Below, piece by piece: positions 47,116 to 58,086 of a DNA stretch of 64,000 bases. Position 1 is the first letter of the stretch; each line of letters starts with the position of its first letter. Made by a program: the position numbers and the translations under genes. Under the pieces are notes generated by a model. The model was not told where the DNA came from. It saw only the letters and a list, made by a program, of their open reading frames with translations, and searched no databases. Origin of the DNA: Anaerolineales bacterium (GTDB lineage Bacteria > Chloroflexota > Anaerolineae > Anaerolineales > UBA11579); contig JANWHN010000086.1 of NCBI GenBank assembly GCA_025450445.1, positions 8,770 through 72,769 of the forward strand, written 5' to 3'.

Positions 47116-50100
47116 ATGATTCTCAATCTCCTTCAACTTTTACCCGCCCAGCGCATTCTTCTCCCGAACGGTACGCTCGGTTGGCTGGCTTGGTTTTTTC
47201 TGCTCGCGCTATGCTCTTGGGTGGGTTCTCGTGCGCCCGATAAAAAGAAAAAATGGGCGCCCCGCGATTGGCTTGAGCTCGGTTCCTTCGTTCTATTGGT
47301 CCCCATCTCCATATTGCTCGTCTCGCTGCGATTGCCTGCGGAAGGCTTGCTGCCGATCCCGGGCCTGGGCGCGCCAGCGTTAGGTCCGCTGGTTCCGTTC
47401 CTAGTTTCGATCCCGTGGATGCTCGCGGCGGCGCGCCTAGGCACATTGCCCGGTGCTGGCTTGGCTGGGTTCGCTGGGCTGGTGTTGGCTGTCTGGGATA
47501 CCCGCAGCCCATTCACGCCGCTTGAATATGCAATGCTCGGCGCCTTGTTTGGCATGGCAATGTCGCAAACATACGCAACCCGCCTTTACTCCTGGCTGCG
47601 CCAACCTGTCGTTGCCGCGGCTTTGCTTTCTGTTTTTTATCCCCTTCTCTATCTGCTGACATCTTTCTTTTGGGTGAGCAGCGATTACGTTGCCAGCCTG
47701 GACTTTGCGATCTCACGCCTGCCTTTAGCGGCTGTGTCGATGGCAACACAGCTTTTGATCGGCAGCGCCGCACTCTATTTCATTCGCGCCAGATGGCCGG
47801 TTTTAGTTACTTCGCCGATCGAGCCGCGCCGCACTGCGCCCAGCCAGCGCAGCATTGAAGCCCGCTTGCTTTTCACTCTCGGTCCGCTGGTCTTACTGGC
47901 TTTCATTGCGCTGGGCGCTCTTGGCTGGTGGATCTCCGGTCGTACCGCAGACCAGCTGCTTTCCGACCGTATGGATTCCAGCGCTGAAGTGGCTGCGGAC
48001 AGCCTGCCATTTTTGCTGGAGACCGGACAAAACCTGATCCAGCAGCTTGCGGGCGATACGCGCCTGGCGGATGCATCTGGCGGCGAGGCCCTTTCCATAC
48101 TCCAAACTCATTTGCGCTCGGTGCCATACTTCGATCAGCTCTCCCTTTTGGATACGGGTGGCAACACGATCGCCGCGTTCCCGGCGGGCGATTTTCTTGC
48201 GACTCAGCCAAATCACGACGAGGTGGAAGCTGTTGCGCTTGCCATCCAGGGTGTCTCGTTGCAATTTTTCACCACGCCGCCAGTAGATGAAGATGCAACC
48301 GCGGCACGACTGACTTTCATCGCAGCCGTGAGCAATGACAACGATCAGGTGCGCGCCGTACTGGTCGGCGAAACCAGCATGGGCACCAATCCTTTCGCAC
48401 AGCCAATCATTCAAAGCCTCGCCAGCATCAACGAACTCGGCGGCCAAGGCTTGCTAATCGACGGCGATCGGCGCATTGCCATTGGCACCAGCCCAGCCGC
48501 GTTACTGCAGCCGTATAACGGCCGCGTTGATGAAGCGCAGTGGGTCTATCAAGACATCGGAGCCGACGGGGCCCGCCGCCAGGTGCACTATGAGCCGGTC
48601 ACCGGCAGTAACTGGGCTGTAGTGGCGCAGTGGCCCGCCAGCCTTAGCCAGCAGCGAGCCCTTGCCATTGCGCTCCCGCTCTTGGGCGCGCTGATTATTC
48701 TTGCAGTGCTTGCTTACGGATTGTTGCGCGTCAGCTTGCGCTCGGTAAGCACATCATTGAGCGAGTTGATCAGCGAGACGCGCCGCATCGCCACCGGCGA
48801 CCTGGACGCTCCCCTTTCAACAAAAGGCGCCGACGAAATCGGGCGTCTCAGCGACGCATTTGAGAGTATGCGCAAGACATTGAAGGCTCGCTCTGAAGAG
48901 AATCAGCGCTTGCTTTCAGTGAGCCAGGGCATTGCATCGAATTTGGACGTGCGCCAACATATCGACCCGATCCTGGAGGCTGCGCTTGCAGGCGGTGCAA
49001 GCTCAGCGCGGTTAGTGTTTTCATCTGCAGATGAAGCTTCTGAAAGTTTTGCTGCCTTCGGAAAAGGGAAATCGGCGGATATATATCAATCATTGGACTC
49101 CCAGGTGCTGACGCTCACCCGCAACCAAGCGCGGGTGCTGCTTAATAATCCCGGCCGCGCTCGCCTCAAGGTAGATAAAGGCGTCCAGATCCCGGAAGCA
49201 ATCGCCGCCTTCGCTCTCACCGAAGGAAGTCAGCGCTTAGGTGCACTGTGGTTGGCTTTCGATGCGCCGCAAACATTTGGCGCAGAAGCGGTACGCTACC
49301 TGGAAACGCTGGCGGGCCAGGCCGCCAAAGCCGCGGCCAACACGCGCATGTTCCTGAACGCGCGCATGGGCCGCGAGAGGTTGGAAGCTGTTTTCGCAAA
49401 TTCATCTGATCCGATATTGGTCAGCGACCAGACTGGGGTTGTGCTTATGGCCAACCCGGCCGCGCAAAAATTACTTGGCAAGGAACAAAAACCATTGCAA
49501 GGCGCCCGCGTTGACGAGGTTGTGCCTAAAGAGCTATTGGCACTTTACCAGGGCGGGGGCGGGAAGTCGGTTGAAGTAAGTGCGAACGGAAACAACTATC
49601 AAGCAAATCTTTCGCTCATCCATAACGACGATGGCTCTCTGGGTACCGCCTTGATTTTGCGTGATGTTAGCCAGTTCAAGCAAGCCGAGCTGGTGCGCGC
49701 TGATTTCCTATCTACTCTTAGCCACGATCTTCATGATCCGCTCGAATTGCTGACCGGTTACGTCAGCATGCTGGGCATCGCCGGCGAGCTGAACGAGCAG
49801 CAACAGGATTACATGCAAAAGATCGAGCACAGCATCGAGAACATCACCCGCCTGACCAGCAGCCTGCTCGATCTTGATCGCATCAACAGCGGCCAGGCTT
49901 TGCAGCTTGCCCGCTTCGATCTGGCCGACATGTTGCGGGAAGCGATCGCCGAGGTTGGGCCACGGGCGCGCCAAAAGCGGATTGATATCGTGCTGCGGGA
50001 GTCGCGCGGGACTGCGGTTCCGGTCGAAGGCGACCGAACCTTATTGCAACGAGCCTTTTACAACTTGCTCGATAATGCAATCAAATTTAGTACCCGCGGC

Positions 50101-50361
50101 GAACAGGTCGAGATCAGTTGCAGCTTTGCCGGCGATCAGGTGACAGTTGGCGTCTCCGACCGTGGGGTAGGTATTGCCCCGGTGGATTTACCAAAGGTTT
50201 TTGGGCAGCCAAAAAGCGGAGAGAAAAGCTCGTTCGGGTTGCCGATCGTAAAATCGATTGTTGAGCGACACGCGGGTAAGGTTTGGGCTGAGTCGGAGCT
50301 TGGTTTTGGCAGTACTTTTTATTGCCAATTCCCGCTTGAACAGACTAAAACCGGCGTGTAA
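47116..50361 (+). CDS. Multi-domain sensor histidine kinase (polytopic N-terminus, Cache-like periplasmic domain, HAMP, GAF, PAS, HisKA, HATPase_c)
   Basis: HAMP has RRIATGDLDAPL...EIGRLSDAFESM. The H-box is FLSTLSHDLHDPL. The ATP-lid has LDNAIKFS...DRGVGIAP...GLPIVKSIVERHAGKVW. Confidence 0.88.
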   Translation: MILNLLQLLPAQRILLPNGTLGWLAWFFLLALCSWVGSRAPDKKKKWAPRDWLELGSFVLLVPISILLVSLRLPAEGLLPIPGLGAPALGPLVPFLVSIPWMLAAARLGTLPGAGLAGFAGLVLAVWDTRSPFTPLEYAMLGALFGMAMSQTYATRLYSWLRQPVVAAALLSVFYPLLYLLTSFFWVSSDYVASLDFAISRLPLAAVSMATQLLIGSAALYFIRARWPVLVTSPIEPRRTAPSQRSIEARLLFTLGPLVLLAFIALGALGWWISGRTADQLLSDRMDSSAEVAADSLPFLLETGQNLIQQLAGDTRLADASGGEALSILQTHLRSVPYFDQLSLLDTGGNTIAAFPAGDFLATQPNHDEVEAVALAIQGVSLQFFTTPPVDEDATAARLTFIAAVSNDNDQVRAVLVGETSMGTNPFAQPIIQSLASINELGGQGLLIDGDRRIAIGTSPAALLQPYNGRVDEAQWVYQDIGADGARRQVHYEPVTGSNWAVVAQWPASLSQQRALAIALPLLGALIILAVLAYGLLRVSLRSVSTSLSELISETRRIATGDLDAPLSTKGADEIGRLSDAFESMRKTLKARSEENQRLLSVSQGIASNLDVRQHIDPILEAALAGGASSARLVFSSADEASESFAAFGKGKSADIYQSLDSQVLTLTRNQARVLLNNPGRARLKVDKGVQIPEAIAAFALTEGSQRLGALWLAFDAPQTFGAEAVRYLETLAGQAAKAAANTRMFLNARMGRERLEAVFANSSDPILVSDQTGVVLMANPAAQKLLGKEQKPLQGARVDEVVPKELLALYQGGGGKSVEVSANGNNYQANLSLIHNDDGSLGTALILRDVSQFKQAELVRADFLSTLSHDLHDPLELLTGYVSMLGIAGELNEQQQDYMQKIEHSIENITRLTSSLLDLDRINSGQALQLARFDLADMLREAIAEVGPRARQKRIDIVLRESRGTAVPVEGDRTLLQRAFYNLLDNAIKFSTRGEQVEISCSFAGDQVTVGVSDRGVGIAPVDLPKVFGQPKSGEKSSFGLPIVKSIVERHAGKVWAESELGFGSTFYCQFPLEQTKTGV

Positions 50362-50398
50362 ATCTCACCAAGTGGGAGAAAGACCAGATCCGCCCTGC

Positions 50399-50426
50399 TT
50401 GACAGCTTTTCTCCTCTTGGTATAAT
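50399..50426 (+). promoter_or_regulatory. Near-consensus sigma-70 promoter upstream of rpoC
   Basis: TTGACA (50399-50404), a 16-nt spacer ending TGG, then TATAAT (50421-50426). The predicted 5' UTR before ATG 50659 is about 225 nt, with a GGAGG SD. Confidence 0.6.
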
Positions 50427-50658
50427 CTTCATCAATCGAATAGAGCGGCTCGTGCCACGAGCGCTTGAGAGCGGAGCTCTTGGGTGCTTGTTTTCGTTTG
50501 TCTGGACATAGCACGCCTATTCGAAATTCTGCAGTGAAATCAGGTCGCATCTTTTGTCGGAAAGAACTCAAAATATTTTCACTGGGGCGGGTAAGTTTCC
50601 GACATGGTTTTTACATCTAGATCTTAAAGCTCTTCGTTATTTTCAGGAGGCTCGGTAA

Positions 50659-53600
50659 ATGGAATCAAAGGGATTACGTTCACTTCGGATAAGTTTGGCT
50701 TCGCCCGAAGTTATTCGAAGTTGGTCTTATGGTGAAGTTTTAAAACCCGAAACAATTAACTATCGCCGTCTGCGCCCGGAGAAAGATGGCTTGTTTGATG
50801 AAGCCATATTCGGACCCACCCGCGACTGGCAATGCTATTGTGGTAAGTACAAGAATATTCGCTACAAGGGCATTGTTTGTGACAAGTGTGGAGTTGAAGT
50901 CACCCGCTCCTCCGTCCGCCGCGAACGAATGGGCCACATCTCCCTCGCCGCCCCGGTCGCCCACGTTTGGTATACCCGCCGAGTCCCTTCCTATCTGGGA
51001 CTGCTACTAGACATCTCTCGCCGCAATCTTGACCGCGTTCTTTATTTTGCGCAATACGTGGTCACCTACGTCGATGAAGATGCTCGCGAAAAAGCATTGG
51101 CACGTTTGGATGAGGAGATCGCCACAGCTGAAAAGGATCAGGCCAAGCAGATCAACGCGCAGATCGCCGATCTGAAGAAGCAGCGCGACGAGAAGCTCTC
51201 GGATCTGGAAGCTAAAGCGAAAGAAATTGAAAAGCGATACGACGAAGATCTGGCCGACAAGATCGAGCCCATCATCAAAGAAGGTCAAAAACTCGAAACC
51301 AAGCTGCGTGATCAGATGGGCAAGAGCGTTCGCGCCACCATATCTTTCACCGGCACAAAAACTGATATTGTCAAAGCCGGCCAGGAAGTCGCAACCAAGC
51401 ATGTCGCCAAGGTGCAAGACCTTGTCAAGAGTTTCCTTGAAGACACTGAAGCCAAGAGCGCCAAGAAGAAGCAGGGTGAGCTGGAACGCTTGGCGGTCGA
51501 AAAAGCCAGCGTGAAGGCTGAGAGCGAATTGGGAATGAACAACCTGCGCACTTCGATCGACGACACTGAAGGCACACCCAGCGATGATATGTCGCGCACT
51601 CGCGAAGAACTCGAAGCGCTCAAGCCGATGACTTTCATGGGCGAGAATCGCTACCGCGAACTACGCTCCAAGTGGGGCCAGGTTTTCCGCGCCGACATGG
51701 GTGCCGAAGCCTTCTACGATATCCTTGAGCGTCTCGATCTCGAAAAGCTCGGCGAAGAATTGTGGCACGAGCTGCGCACTTCGCGCAGCAAGCAACGCCG
51801 CCGCAAAGCCACCAACCGCTTGCGCGTCGTCGAATCGTTCCGCCGCTCCAAGAATCGCCCCGAATGGATGATCCTCACCGTGCTGCCGGTCATCCCACCA
51901 GATCTGCGCCCAATGGTGCAGCTCGACGGCGGCCGCTTCGCCACTTCAGATCTCAACGACTTGTATCGTCGTGTAATTAACCGCAACAATCGTCTCAAGC
52001 GCTTGCTTGAACTCGGCGCCCCGGACGTTATCGTGCGCAACGAAAAGCGCATGCTCCAGGAAGCGGTTGACTCGCTAATTGACAACTCGCAGCGCGGCAA
52101 GGCTCTCTCGCGACGGGGCCGCCGCGATCTGAAATCCTTGAGCGATCTGCTCAAAGGCAAGAAAGGCCGCTTCCGTCGCAACTTGCTTGGCAAGCGCGTC
52201 GACTATTCCGGCCGTTCAGTAATCGTGGTCGGTCCGCAGCTTAAGCTTTACCAATGCGGTTTGCCCAAGAGCATGGCTCTGGAGCTCTACAAGCCTTTCG
52301 TTATTTCCCGCTTGGTCTCTGCCAACTACGCCGCAAACGTAAAGGGGGCCAAGCGCATCATCGATCGCAATCGCCCCGAGGTCTATGAAGTCCTCGAAGA
52401 GGTGATCAAGGATCGCCCTGTTCTGCTGAACCGTGCGCCAACCTTGCATCGCTTGGGCATTCAGGCTTTCGAGCCAGTACTCATCGAGGGCAGCGCCATC
52501 CAGCTTCATCCGCTTGTTACCACCGCCTTCAACGCCGACTTCGATGGTGACCAAATGGCCGTCCATGTGCCGCTCTCCCAAAAAGCTGTTTGGGAGGCTC
52601 GGACGCTCATGCTTTCGACCCGCAACCTTCTGAAGCCCGCCGATGGCGAACCCATCATCGGACCATCAAAAGATATGGTGTTGGGCGCTTACTATCTGAC
52701 CATGCCCCCCACCGCCCTCAAAGGCAAGGAAAAGCCGCGCTCCTTCGGCGATATGGTCGAAGTCGAGATGGCTTATCACCTCGGCCAGCTGGATATTCAT
52801 GCTCCGGTTAGCTTGCGCGTGATGACCTGGTACGACGTTCAAGGCAACCGTTTGCCCGAGGCAGAAACTCGCTTTGTGGAAACCACGGTTGGTCGCGTCA
52901 TTTTCAACCTGGTTCTCGAGCCCGAAATTCAGTTCGTAAACGAAACTCTCGACAAGGGTAGCGTGAAAGATCTGATCGCTGAGATGCTTGAAGTAACGGG
53001 CGACGAGGAACGCACCACCAATGTCGCTGACCGCGTCAAAGACATCGGCTTCAAGTTCGCCACTCGCTCCGGGACGACCATCGCCATCTCCGACATCACC
53101 ATCCCACCGGAGAAAACCGAAATCGTTGCCTCAGCCATGCTTGAGGAAGAAGCTGTGGAAGAAGATTTCCGCCGCGGCTTGCTGACTGAGCAGGAGCAGA
53201 ACGAGCGCGTGATCGAGATCTGGCAAGGCACCACCAACAAGGTGGCTGACGCCGTGCGCAAATATATGGATCCGATCGGCAACCTGGCCACCATGGCGAA
53301 CTCCGGCGCCACCAAAGGTGGCTTCAGCTCGATCTCGCAGTTGGCTGGTATGCGCGGCATGATGGCAGATCCTTCTGGTCGCATCATCCCGCTGCCTATC
53401 CGTTCAAACTTCCGCGAGGGCCTAACCACCCTCGAATACGTCATTTCCACCCATCGTTCCCGCAAGGGCCTGGCTGACACAGCGCTCCGCACAGCGGACG
53501 CAGGTTACCTGACCCGCCGTTTGGTCGACGTGGCGCAAGACGTGATCACAACGATCGAAGACTGTGGTGTCGACGAAGGCATTTGGATGCGTAGTTCAGA

Positions 53601-54948
53601 TGATGTCGCTGACCAGTCGCTGGGCAGCCGCATCTTCGGTCGCGTCGCCGCTCGCAATGTTGTCGATCCCAAGACCGGCGAAGTCCTGATCGAAAAGAAT
53701 CAGATCATTGATCACGACGAGGTCCGCTTGGTTGCATCCTCAAACGTTCAGGATGTATATGTCTTCTCCCCGCTGACCTGTGAAGCGGTCATGGGCATCT
53801 GTGTCAAATGCTACGGCATGGACATGGGTAAGGGCAAGCACGTTGGCATCGGCGCCGCCGTTGGCATCGTCGCCGCTCAATCCATCGGTGAGCCCGGCAC
53901 GCAGCTAACCCTGCGAACCTTCCACACCGGTGGTGTCGCCGCCGAATCCGATATCACTACGGGTCTTCCCCGTGTTGAAGAATTGTTCGAAGCTCGCCGC
54001 CAGCCCAAGGGTGAAGCCGTTGTCGCCGAGCTCGGCGGAACGATCGAAGTCGCTCAGTCCGAGCGCTTCTCTGACTTGCGCGTCATCCGCATCCTGCACT
54101 CCGAAATGGTGCACGATGAGTATGAATTACCCAAGGGTTACCGTCTCGCCGTTGAAGACGGTAAGAAGGTGGAAGCTGGCGCAGTGTTGGCTTCGCTCAA
54201 AGGCAACGACCTTAAGGCCGAGAACGCAGGCAAGGTTCGCGTAGAGGACCGGACGGTTTTCGTCTCCTACGAACAAAAGGACGCCGTCGAATACGAAGTC
54301 CCCAACACCACTCGTATGCTGGTAAAGGCTGGCGACAAGGTCGAAGCCGGCCAAGCGCTGACCGAAGGTTCGCTCAACCCGCACTCCATCCTGCGCATCC
54401 AAGGCCGCGAGGCTGCGTTCATGTACCTCCTCACCGAAGTCCAGCAGGTGTATCGCTCGCAGGGGCAGAACATTCACGACAAGCATTTCGAGACCATCAT
54501 CCGCAAGATGATGTCTAAGGTTCAGATCACTCGCCCCGGCGACACCGGTCACCTACCCGGCGATTACGTAAATCGTTTGGATCTGCGGAAGCACAACGAA
54601 GCTCTCCTGGCTGAAGGCAAAGAACCCGGCAAGTTTGTCGAAGTCCTGCTTGGCATCACCAAGGCCTCGCTCAGCACCGACTCGTTCCTGTCCGCCGCCA
54701 GCTTCCAGCACACCATCAAAGTCTTGGCTGGCGCTGCAATCGGTGGCCACTCAGACCCGCTGACCGGTCTGAAGGAGAACGTCATCCTTGGCAAGCTCAT
54801 CCCAGCTGGCACGGGTCACTCGGCCAATGTACATCTGCTCCCGCCGCCCGAGAAGCGCCGCGAAGAGCTAGTCGAGTCGATTCTCCCGCTCGATGGTTCC
54901 GGTCTGATTCCTGAAACCCCGCTCGAGCCGATTCCCGACTTGGAATAG
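50659..54948 (+). CDS. rpoC: DNA-directed RNA polymerase subunit beta-prime
   Basis: [15 protein letters not shown], the Zn motif CYCGKY...[20 protein letters not shown], and the trigger-loop and C-terminal regions are all present. Confidence 0.97.
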   Translation: MESKGLRSLRISLASPEVIRSWSYGEVLKPETINYRRLRPEKDGLFDEAIFGPTRDWQCYCGKYKNIRYKGIVCDKCGVEVTRSSVRRERMGHISLAAPVAHVWYTRRVPSYLGLLLDISRRNLDRVLYFAQYVVTYVDEDAREKALARLDEEIATAEKDQAKQINAQIADLKKQRDEKLSDLEAKAKEIEKRYDEDLADKIEPIIKEGQKLETKLRDQMGKSVRATISFTGTKTDIVKAGQEVATKHVAKVQDLVKSFLEDTEAKSAKKKQGELERLAVEKASVKAESELGMNNLRTSIDDTEGTPSDDMSRTREELEALKPMTFMGENRYRELRSKWGQVFRADMGAEAFYDILERLDLEKLGEELWHELRTSRSKQRRRKATNRLRVVESFRRSKNRPEWMILTVLPVIPPDLRPMVQLDGGRFATSDLNDLYRRVINRNNRLKRLLELGAPDVIVRNEKRMLQEAVDSLIDNSQRGKALSRRGRRDLKSLSDLLKGKKGRFRRNLLGKRVDYSGRSVIVVGPQLKLYQCGLPKSMALELYKPFVISRLVSANYAANVKGAKRIIDRNRPEVYEVLEEVIKDRPVLLNRAPTLHRLGIQAFEPVLIEGSAIQLHPLVTTAFNADFDGDQMAVHVPLSQKAVWEARTLMLSTRNLLKPADGEPIIGPSKDMVLGAYYLTMPPTALKGKEKPRSFGDMVEVEMAYHLGQLDIHAPVSLRVMTWYDVQGNRLPEAETRFVETTVGRVIFNLVLEPEIQFVNETLDKGSVKDLIAEMLEVTGDEERTTNVADRVKDIGFKFATRSGTTIAISDITIPPEKTEIVASAMLEEEAVEEDFRRGLLTEQEQNERVIEIWQGTTNKVADAVRKYMDPIGNLATMANSGATKGGFSSISQLAGMRGMMADPSGRIIPLPIRSNFREGLTTLEYVISTHRSRKGLADTALRTADAGYLTRRLVDVAQDVITTIEDCGVDEGIWMRSSDDVADQSLGSRIFGRVAARNVVDPKTGEVLIEKNQIIDHDEVRLVASSNVQDVYVFSPLTCEAVMGICVKCYGMDMGKGKHVGIGAAVGIVAAQSIGEPGTQLTLRTFHTGGVAAESDITTGLPRVEELFEARRQPKGEAVVAELGGTIEVAQSERFSDLRVIRILHSEMVHDEYELPKGYRLAVEDGKKVEAGAVLASLKGNDLKAENAGKVRVEDRTVFVSYEQKDAVEYEVPNTTRMLVKAGDKVEAGQALTEGSLNPHSILRIQGREAAFMYLLTEVQQVYRSQGQNIHDKHFETIIRKMMSKVQITRPGDTGHLPGDYVNRLDLRKHNEALLAEGKEPGKFVEVLLGITKASLSTDSFLSAASFQHTIKVLAGAAIGGHSDPLTGLKENVILGKLIPAGTGHSANVHLLPPPEKRREELVESILPLDGSGLIPETPLEPIPDLE

Positions 54949-54961
54949 GCATCACAACAAA

Positions 54962-54992
54962 TAAAAGACCCGCATCAGCGGGTCTTTTTTTT
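54962..54992. terminator. Bidirectional rho-independent terminator
   Basis: AGACCCGC-ATCA-GCGGGTCT (54966-54985) followed by T7, with AAAA upstream, between convergent rpoC and the deacetylase gene. Confidence 0.8.
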
Positions 54993-56106
54993 ATTCTGTT
55001 GAACGCAACACGGCGTCGAGCGGGGCCAGGGCGCCCCCGCAGTTAGCCGCGAACCAATCGGCCTCGGCCTCGTAGTTCGCCTCCGCAAACTGCCGAGCTG
55101 CGTCCCCGATCTCGGCAGTTTGTTCGAGGTTCAGCACCGCCGCCGAATCCCAGAAGCGCGGCAGAGTCATTAGTGGGTCGCCAATCTCCCTTTCCTGCTC
55201 GCCTTGCGGGATCCAGTTGAACATGACGGGTCCGCGTGAATGCACTGTAAAGCCCAACTCATAGCCAGCTTCGCGGGCGATCTCAACACCAAAATCGGTG
55301 TAGTTCCCGCCGGGCCAGATGTATGCGACCGGCCTCTGGCCAAAATGATCGATCAGAATTTGGATGCTGCCCTCGATCTCTTCGCGCACCACCTCTTCGG
55401 TCATGCTTTCGTTCAAATAAATGTGGTTCAGCCCATGCGATTGCACATCAAAATACCCCGTCGCATATATCCGCTCGATCCACTCCCATAGCGTCTCGCC
55501 AGCCAGCTCCCCGTCTCGCTGATCACTGTCGCCGATGATCCAGGCCAACGTGGTCGTCCAGCCGTTGCGTTCGTTCACCGGCAGGAAGTATTCGGCAGCC
55601 GTTCCCGGCCGCCTATCATCCAGGATCGGCAGCATTGACCGCGCCGGGATCTTGGAATTGTCATCGAGGAAGGCCAAATACTCCTCGGTGGTTATCGTTT
55701 CAAATCCCAGCTGTTCGGCCAGCTCGACGATCGCGTAAAAGGTATCCGCATTGATCTGTTCCGGAGTCGTCGGCTCGCTGCTGCCGGGCACGATGCTGTG
55801 ATACATAACCGTCGCCACTACTGTCCCCGGCGCGCTTAGTGCTGGGTCCCAGCGCTTCTGGAGATATTGGCAGCTGTCGTCGATGTAAGCAACCGGGTCG
55901 ATCCCGCCGCGCAAGATCTCGCTATCAAAGCTTGCCGGCGGCGGGCCGTTGGTGGCAGCTAGCGTTGGCTCGCTGGTGGGAGTCTCGGTGCTGCTGGTGC
56001 CAGGTGTTGGACTTTGAGATGTGGAACTAACTCGCGCTTGCCCAGCACAGGCTGTGATTACAAATACGAGGATCAGGGTTAGGAAGGTTTTTAACTTGAT
56101 TGACAC
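54991..56106 (-). CDS. Polysaccharide deacetylase (NodB-homology) lipoprotein
   Basis: Lipoprotein signal LILVFVITAC followed by a Pro/Thr/Ser linker. NodB-like motifs are ILDDRRPG, QSHGLNH and IWPGG. The start codon is GTG. Confidence 0.75.
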   Translation of the reverse strand: MSIKLKTFLTLILVFVITACAGQARVSSTSQSPTPGTSSTETPTSEPTLAATNGPPPASFDSEILRGGIDPVAYIDDSCQYLQKRWDPALSAPGTVVATVMYHSIVPGSSEPTTPEQINADTFYAIVELAEQLGFETITTEEYLAFLDDNSKIPARSMLPILDDRRPGTAAEYFLPVNERNGWTTTLAWIIGDSDQRDGELAGETLWEWIERIYATGYFDVQSHGLNHIYLNESMTEEVVREEIEGSIQILIDHFGQRPVAYIWPGGNYTDFGVEIAREAGYELGFTVHSRGPVMFNWIPQGEQEREIGDPLMTLPRFWDSAAVLNLEQTAEIGDAARQFAEANYEAEADWFAANCGGALAPLDAVLRSTE

Positions 56107-56157
56107 AAGCGCTGATTATCCCCCATTTGATTCCTCCTGAATTACAAGATTATTTGC

Positions 56158-57300
56158 CTAGTTGTTTTGTACCGTGAAGTACGTGTAGTGATATGCGATT
56201 CGTTCATCTTTCACCCCCAGCGAATCTTTGCCGTCCAGCACGCGGCCAGTGCTCGATTCCGCAGTCCAGGTCAGCGTGCGAATATTGTCCTCCTGCTGCG
56301 TGCCCGTGATGGTGAAGCGCGCGTTTGGCAGCGTCTGCCCGAATAGCTGGTTGTACCAGCTAAGGATCGGCGTCGAACCTTGCACCGTTCGCTGCGCGGT
56401 CACATGCACGCCGGTGGTTCCATATAAAGATGCCACCTTGACCGGATCGTTCGAGTTCATCGCCTCGATATAACGTACTGCAATATCGAGCGGCTTTTCT
56501 GGATGAGTGCTGCCCCAGGCGAAATTCTTGACCGGATTCCATAATTGCGATTCTTTCTGGCGTGCAAAATACCATTCCCAAAAATTTGCACCCGGAAGTT
56601 GTTGCTCTTTCACGGCTTGCAAGAACCAGGTCACCTGCTCTGGCGTCGCTCGCCAGCCATGCTCGCCATAAGCAGCGCCGGTGGGGAAGTATGGCCGTTG
56701 GACGCGCAACGTCTGGAACTCGTGCATCGATCGCACCAATTGTGCTCCAGGATTATTCGCGCCGACCCAATACACCTGCGGCATGTTCAGGTCGCTGTAT
56801 TCAAGAAAAGTTTCCCACGGAAACGGTCGATGCAAGTTTGGGTAGCGAAAACTGCTGAGCGCGATCGGTGTGTTCGGCAATCCTGCGCGCAGCTCGCGCA
56901 TATATTGGGCGGCAGGGATGTCCATCCCGGTTTCCTGGAACTCGATCTCCGCATTGACCACGAAGCCATCCAGGTTGAACTCGCGCACCCGTCGGATCGC
57001 CATGCGCGCTTCCACTGATGGATAGTGACCATAGATGTATTGCCAGCCCCAGGCTTGGATCCCGCGCGCCTTCAGCGCGGCGATCACAGCCGGCACCTGG
57101 TCGATGCCGTCTTGCGCATTGAACAGCTCGCGGCCGTACTCTACTTTGTACGTGTTGTAAGTTCCGCGCCCGTCAGCCACCTTGACCAGCACATGGGTTA
57201 AGCCAGCCTGGCGCGCGGCTTCAGCAATCGCCGTTGGGTCTCCGCCTTCGACGTTGTTGATTCGCCACAGATACATCCCCTTGCCTTGCAAGATTGGCAT
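56158..57300 (-). CDS. Hypothetical protein: N-terminal TIM-barrel glycoside-hydrolase-like domain + C-terminal NTF2/SnoaL-like domain, no signal peptide
   Basis: The N-terminus GKGMYLWRINNVEGGDPTAIAEAARQAGLTHVLVKVADG... recalls GH25-like/GHL-type lysin barrels. The last 110 aa or so (IAVRYIEAMNSNDPVKVASLY...) look NTF2-like. This is a by-eye assignment. Confidence 0.55.
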   Translation of the reverse strand: MPILQGKGMYLWRINNVEGGDPTAIAEAARQAGLTHVLVKVADGRGTYNTYKVEYGRELFNAQDGIDQVPAVIAALKARGIQAWGWQYIYGHYPSVEARMAIRRVREFNLDGFVVNAEIEFQETGMDIPAAQYMRELRAGLPNTPIALSSFRYPNLHRPFPWETFLEYSDLNMPQVYWVGANNPGAQLVRSMHEFQTLRVQRPYFPTGAAYGEHGWRATPEQVTWFLQAVKEQQLPGANFWEWYFARQKESQLWNPVKNFAWGSTHPEKPLDIAVRYIEAMNSNDPVKVASLYGTTGVHVTAQRTVQGSTPILSWYNQLFGQTLPNARFTITGTQQEDNIRTLTWTAESSTGRVLDGKDSLGVKDERIAYHYTYFTVQNN

Positions 57301-57309
57301 GCTTGTTTC

Positions 57310-58086
57310 CTATTTAGGGGGGATCGCTGGGATGGTTTTCATTTTCCACGACGTTGGGTAGTTGAGCTTGCCCTTCGTCGGATACCACAACAAAGTCACC
57401 CAGCCTTTGTTCGAACGTCCCCAGACATGCGTGCCGCGGGGGGCGTACTCATAGATCTCAAGATTTTTTGCCGGGTTTATTTTCGCAAGGACCTTGCTGT
57501 TTTCATCAGGAAATTCCCGCGCTTCAAGTTTGGTCGTCGAACTCATCGTTACTTGCAGCGGAAGAGAGGGAAATAGCTCGACTCGGTTCATTGGCACAAA
57601 CAAAAAGCTGCGGCCGATGGCAAAGGTGTATACGTCAATTCCCTCAGCCGGATTGATTACCTCGCCTTGCTTTGTGATCACGGTGAACTTGTGCACGATC
57701 TCGGGGCGCAATTTGAAGTTGTATTTGTTTGCATCCGGCGGCCCATTTTTCAAGAGCAAGTTCTTGATTTGGCCAACACCCTTGTTGATGCTCGTGATCT
57801 CAACCACGTTGCCGCCAAATGAGAGGGTGTCGGCGTTGTCATTGCGGTTGAACCAGCCCGCCGGCGGCGACATGATGAATTTGAAGCTGCGATCGCTGTT
57901 GAGCGCGTCGATGTATTTGATCCATTCCTTGCTGAGTTTGAGGTCATCCTTGCCTGCGTGCGCAGTCACCCACAACGGCACGGTCTCAGGCGTAGAGGGC
58001 AGGCCGCCCCAGCCGGGCGTCACCGTCCGTGATTTGAACGACATCCATTGAAAATCGTGTAGAAGTCTTCCGTACCTGTTTGCCAT
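57310..58086 (-). CDS. Hypothetical protein with a C-terminal bacterial SH3-like domain, no signal peptide
   Basis: ATG 58086 follows GGGGGAG. The C-terminus LEAREFPDENSKVLAKINPAKNLEIYEYAPRGTHVWGRSNKGWVTLLWY looks SH3b-like. The gene ends 9 nt before the next gene starts. Confidence 0.55.
   Translation of the reverse strand: MANRYGRLLHDFQWMSFKSRTVTPGWGGLPSTPETVPLWVTAHAGKDDLKLSKEWIKYIDALNSDRSFKFIMSPPAGWFNRNDNADTLSFGGNVVEITSINKGVGQIKNLLLKNGPPDANKYNFKLRPEIVHKFTVITKQGEVINPAEGIDVYTFAIGRSFLFVPMNRVELFPSLPLQVTMSSTTKLEAREFPDENSKVLAKINPAKNLEIYEYAPRGTHVWGRSNKGWVTLLWYPTKGKLNYPTSWKMKTIPAIPPK

Noticed and set aside
50365-50571. A 68-aa minus-strand ORF in the rpoC upstream spacer.
   Set aside because: It has no SD, overlaps the consensus plus-strand promoter and leader, and its composition is unremarkable. 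I treat the region as non-coding regulatory sequence.
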